DNA of 64,000 nucleotides, taken from Lepidodermella squamata. Its lineage: Eukaryota; Animalia; Gastrotricha. The translations under genes and the position numbers were made by a program. Shown here one piece after another: positions 61,301-64,000 of the stretch. Location: contig JBLDXI010000074.1 of the NCBI GenBank assembly GCA_047495785.1, forward strand, positions 62,001 to 126,000. The letters run 5' to 3'. The first letter of the stretch is position 1; each line of letters starts with the position of its first letter. The notes beneath the pieces are model-generated. The model was given only the letters and a program-made list of their open reading frames with translations, did not search any database and was not told the origin of the DNA.

Positions 61301-63851
61301 ATTATTTGAATCTTTCTGGAACTTCGCGATTCGGGAATTGAACATCATTGTCCCGTTCGTCGTCGTGGGCGAGGTCGCAGATCCTCGGGTGATTTTCGCT
61401 CAGACCCAGGTTAACTTCAAAAACATGTTGGTCGGTTATGAGGCGAATGAAACCGTCGAACTGGTCAATATGGAAACCGCCCCGTTGGCTTTCACAGTCG
61501 ACCCGAATACCGTCTTCACGCAAGGCTTCGCCGCGAAATTGGAGGTCGACCCTACGAGTGGGACGATCCCGGGCAAGGGTGTTGTGCCGATCAGGGTGAC
61601 GTACCGCCCGGCATCTGAAATGGCGGTCAACTTCAATGTTTCGGTGAAAATCGAGCATAAAGTTATGCCGGTCACGCTCAATGTCAAGGCTGAAGGCTTC
61701 ACGATGCATGCGCTCGCAGCGGTTATCGATAATGCTGGAAATCGAACAGAACTGACAACGAAAGGCATCACTCAGGTCTGAATAATTTCTAAACTATTTT
61801 TTTAATTTTTCAGAATTTAATTCTGAAAATTCGAGACAAAATATTTGATTTTTCAACTTTTTCCAACTTTTTTAAAAATTATTTAATACATTTGGATTTA
61901 GCTTTTTTATATTTAAAATTTCAAAAATTATTCGAAAATAAATTTTAATATTTTCGAGAGCTTCGATGCAATTTTAGACAATTTTTAAAATTTTGGAATT
62001 TTTTTTTAAATTTTCAAGATTTTTCAAAATTTAATTTTTGTTAACTTTCAGGTCAATTTTATGGAAGTTCAAATCAACGAGAAGGCCGTTCGAACTGTTT
62101 CGATCGTCAACAACGGAAAATTCAACTTCGCCTACCGCTGGGACACGAATTTCCCGAAAGTTTTCGCCGACGCCCTTACAGTTGAACCCGCCGAGGGCAT
62201 TATTCTAGCCCAGGGCAAGGGCGAATGCCTCGTCAAATTTTGCCCACGCCAGAAAATGGCCCTTCAAAAATGCGAAGCGCGCCTCGTTGTTGTCGACGGG
62301 CCGTCATTCGGCGTTCACTTCAGCGGATCAGCCCGCGAGCCCGGGCTCCACTTTTCGTTCATCGAACACGATTTCGGACCGTCTTTCGTGTTCAAACCCG
62401 GCCTTCCGCCTAAAACAGCTACGTTGACAATCACAAATCGTGATCAACGTGAGCATAGCCTCGAATGCCTCTACCAAACAACACCGCATTTGGTACACAA
62501 CATGGAGCAAGTCTACCTGGTAAAACCCGACCAAACGGTAGATATTGTTTTCAACTTCTACCCACGCGAGGTTAGGAAGTATTCGGAGAAAATTGTGTTT
62601 GAAATGAACGGAATCAGCCAGCAAGTTGTGACCATCCGCGGCTCGGGCAGTGAGTTCAGCCTAGTCTGCGCCAACCCGAAACAACGCCTCGTTAAATTAG
62701 GCGCGCTAAAAACGGGAGATTCAGTCAAGCGTGTCGTTCCGATAATCAATCAAACTTCGGTTGATTTGAAGTTTAAACTCAATCTAATCCCATCTAACGC
62801 GTTGTTGAAGAATTATTTGAGCCTTGACACGAAGAGTAAGAGCTTAGAGTTGGTTTTGAAGCCTCGTGAACAGCATAACGTTGAGGTTTCATTCTCGCCG
62901 CATAGCAGGGTGCCTCAATTTACGGAGGAGGTCGTGGCTGAGTGCATCGGAATCACGCAGCCGATTTTCGCCGTAACCGGGTGTTGCCAGGCTGTTGAAG
63001 TCTCGCTAGACATGGAGTACATCTCATTCGGCGCTGTGGTACTAAGATCCCAGGCTTCAAGGCGTGTCCTAATGCAGAATAACGGCGATATCGGGGCGAA
63101 ATTCGAGTGGGAACAGGGCAAATTCTCGCCGAATTTCACCATGTCTCCCATGTCCGGATATTTGACCCCGGGTATGTCTGTTGAGCTGGAAGTCACCTAC
63201 CACCCGACTTCAACCACCTTGGAATGCCGCGTTGATAAGGCAAAGTGTATCGTCGAAGGTATGAAAAAGCCGTTGTCTATGACGCTAACTGGAAGCTGCG
63301 TTCAAATGCCTGTCCCACAACGTGAATCTATCCATTTTTCGACCGTAGTTCGGCAAAAGGAGACTAAGCCGTTGCTGATCGGTAACCGGACCAATCAACT
63401 GTGGACTCTGAGGCCTGTTATCGAGGGTGAGTACTTCAGCGGCCCAGAATTGGTCGTTGTCGAGCCGCAGCAGAATAAGTCGTTTGAAGTCAGCTATCAG
63501 CCGCTGACCATGACAACCGAGGGCAAGAAGCATACCGGGTCGATATTTTTCGCCACACCAGACGGCCAGGGTCTGCTGTACACCGTTACCGGATCGGCTG
63601 ATCCGCCCAAGGTGTCTGGTCGGATCCAGCGGGAGGTTCCGTTCAAAACTCAATATGTCGAAGTGCTGCAGGTTGAGAATTGGCTGAAGCGGCCGCAGAG
63701 GTTTAAGATGAAGATGGAGCCGATAAAGCCGGATAAATTGGACCCGGGTACGACAATCAAGGGCTTGGACTATATCGATGTGCCCGGGCTGGTGAAGAAG
63801 GACTATCGACTCACGTTTTTCGCGTATAAGGAAGCGACTTACCTGGTCAAG
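43363..63851 (+). CDS. HYDIN: Hydrocephalus-inducing protein homolog (central-pair axonemal protein), 3'-incomplete
   Basis: Exons 43363-48477, 48759-49773, 51767-52606, 52733-52952, 53179-53926, 54440-54956, 55286-55475, 55713-57363, 58896-61775 and 62052-63851 (14976 nt, 4992 codons, in phase). N-terminus LLDMGDT..FQPFPSEIYFQ..PLLFRNND..PRL matches HYDIN; serial ASH/Ig-like domains; adenylate-kinase-like P-loop GPPKSGRST; charged coiled-coil region. Confidence 0.97.
50047..50399 (-). CDS. Nested 98-aa candidate BH3-only, tail-anchored protein
   Basis: Exon 1 50399-50370, 56-nt GT-AG intron, exon 2 50313-50047. Translation: MNDGQFSPIQ|ILQEIGAEFRRIADDYYPALN...IYVNFAIIVLYFLIKRLCK*. TATAAA at 50498-50493. 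The gene model is better supported than the functional label. Confidence 0.7.
51197..51573. mobile_element. Tc1/mariner-type MITE (~377 bp)
   Basis: Terminal inverted repeats CAGCGTGTCCCATAAGT ... ACTTCTGGGACACGCTG, with TA on the left and TG on the right. Second partial copy at ~22.1 kb. Confidence 0.78.
57804..58198 (-). CDS. Secreted tandem-repeat peptide precursor, copy C (111 aa), nested antisense in HYDIN intron 8
   Basis: Exon 1 58198-58166, 59-nt intron, exon 2 58106-57804. Translation: MSKALDAMLLIAAVAVWSA-NPASSIR-AAWNAPSAR-(LS[LI][ED]EPSAR)x6-LLVDGSPDNPQLAIKGNIKGGR*. TATA at 58271-58266. Confidence 0.82.
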
Positions 63852-64000
63852 GTAAGCGCAATTATTCTGAATTTTACGATTTGTTAAGGTCTAAAATTGA
63901 GCAAAATGAGAAATCCAACATGCATTGGATTGAATTAAACATGTAGAAAATCAAAAATCAAAAGGATTCAAAAATTGTTAAGTCACACTCGTTATCGAGG

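Overview
Eukaryotic DNA from a compact-genome invertebrate animal: AT-rich introns, many only 50-60 nt, with TTTCAG-type acceptors. HYDIN implies motile cilia. Gene models were built by hand from splice sites and reading-frame phase. In order: a Ser-rich orphan gene (-); a divergent 8-exon Cys-loop channel subunit (-); an inverted ~1.9-kb duplicate of part of HYDIN; a 5-HT2-like aminergic GPCR with a ~600-aa third intracellular loop (+); a secreted 7xPAN-SUEL-F5/8-2xSushi mosaic protein (-); a tightly packed MZT1-TEN1-CAP/ShK trio (-, operon-like); and an intron-poor HYDIN (+, 10 exons here, ~4,990 codons, runs off the window). Two elements are not shown intact by the ORF track. (1) A three-member family of small secreted peptide precursors shares a TATA promoter, an 11-codon first exon and a 59-nt intron; two members carry tandem 9-aa 'xxxxEP-SAR' cassettes. 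One copy is nested antisense in a HYDIN intron and the other two lie ~43-45 kb away. (2) A 98-aa two-exon gene nested antisense in another HYDIN intron has a PUMA-like BH3 motif and a C-terminal tail anchor, making it a candidate invertebrate BH3-only protein. MITEs and retroelement debris are also present. No database searches were possible; family calls rest on recalled motifs.
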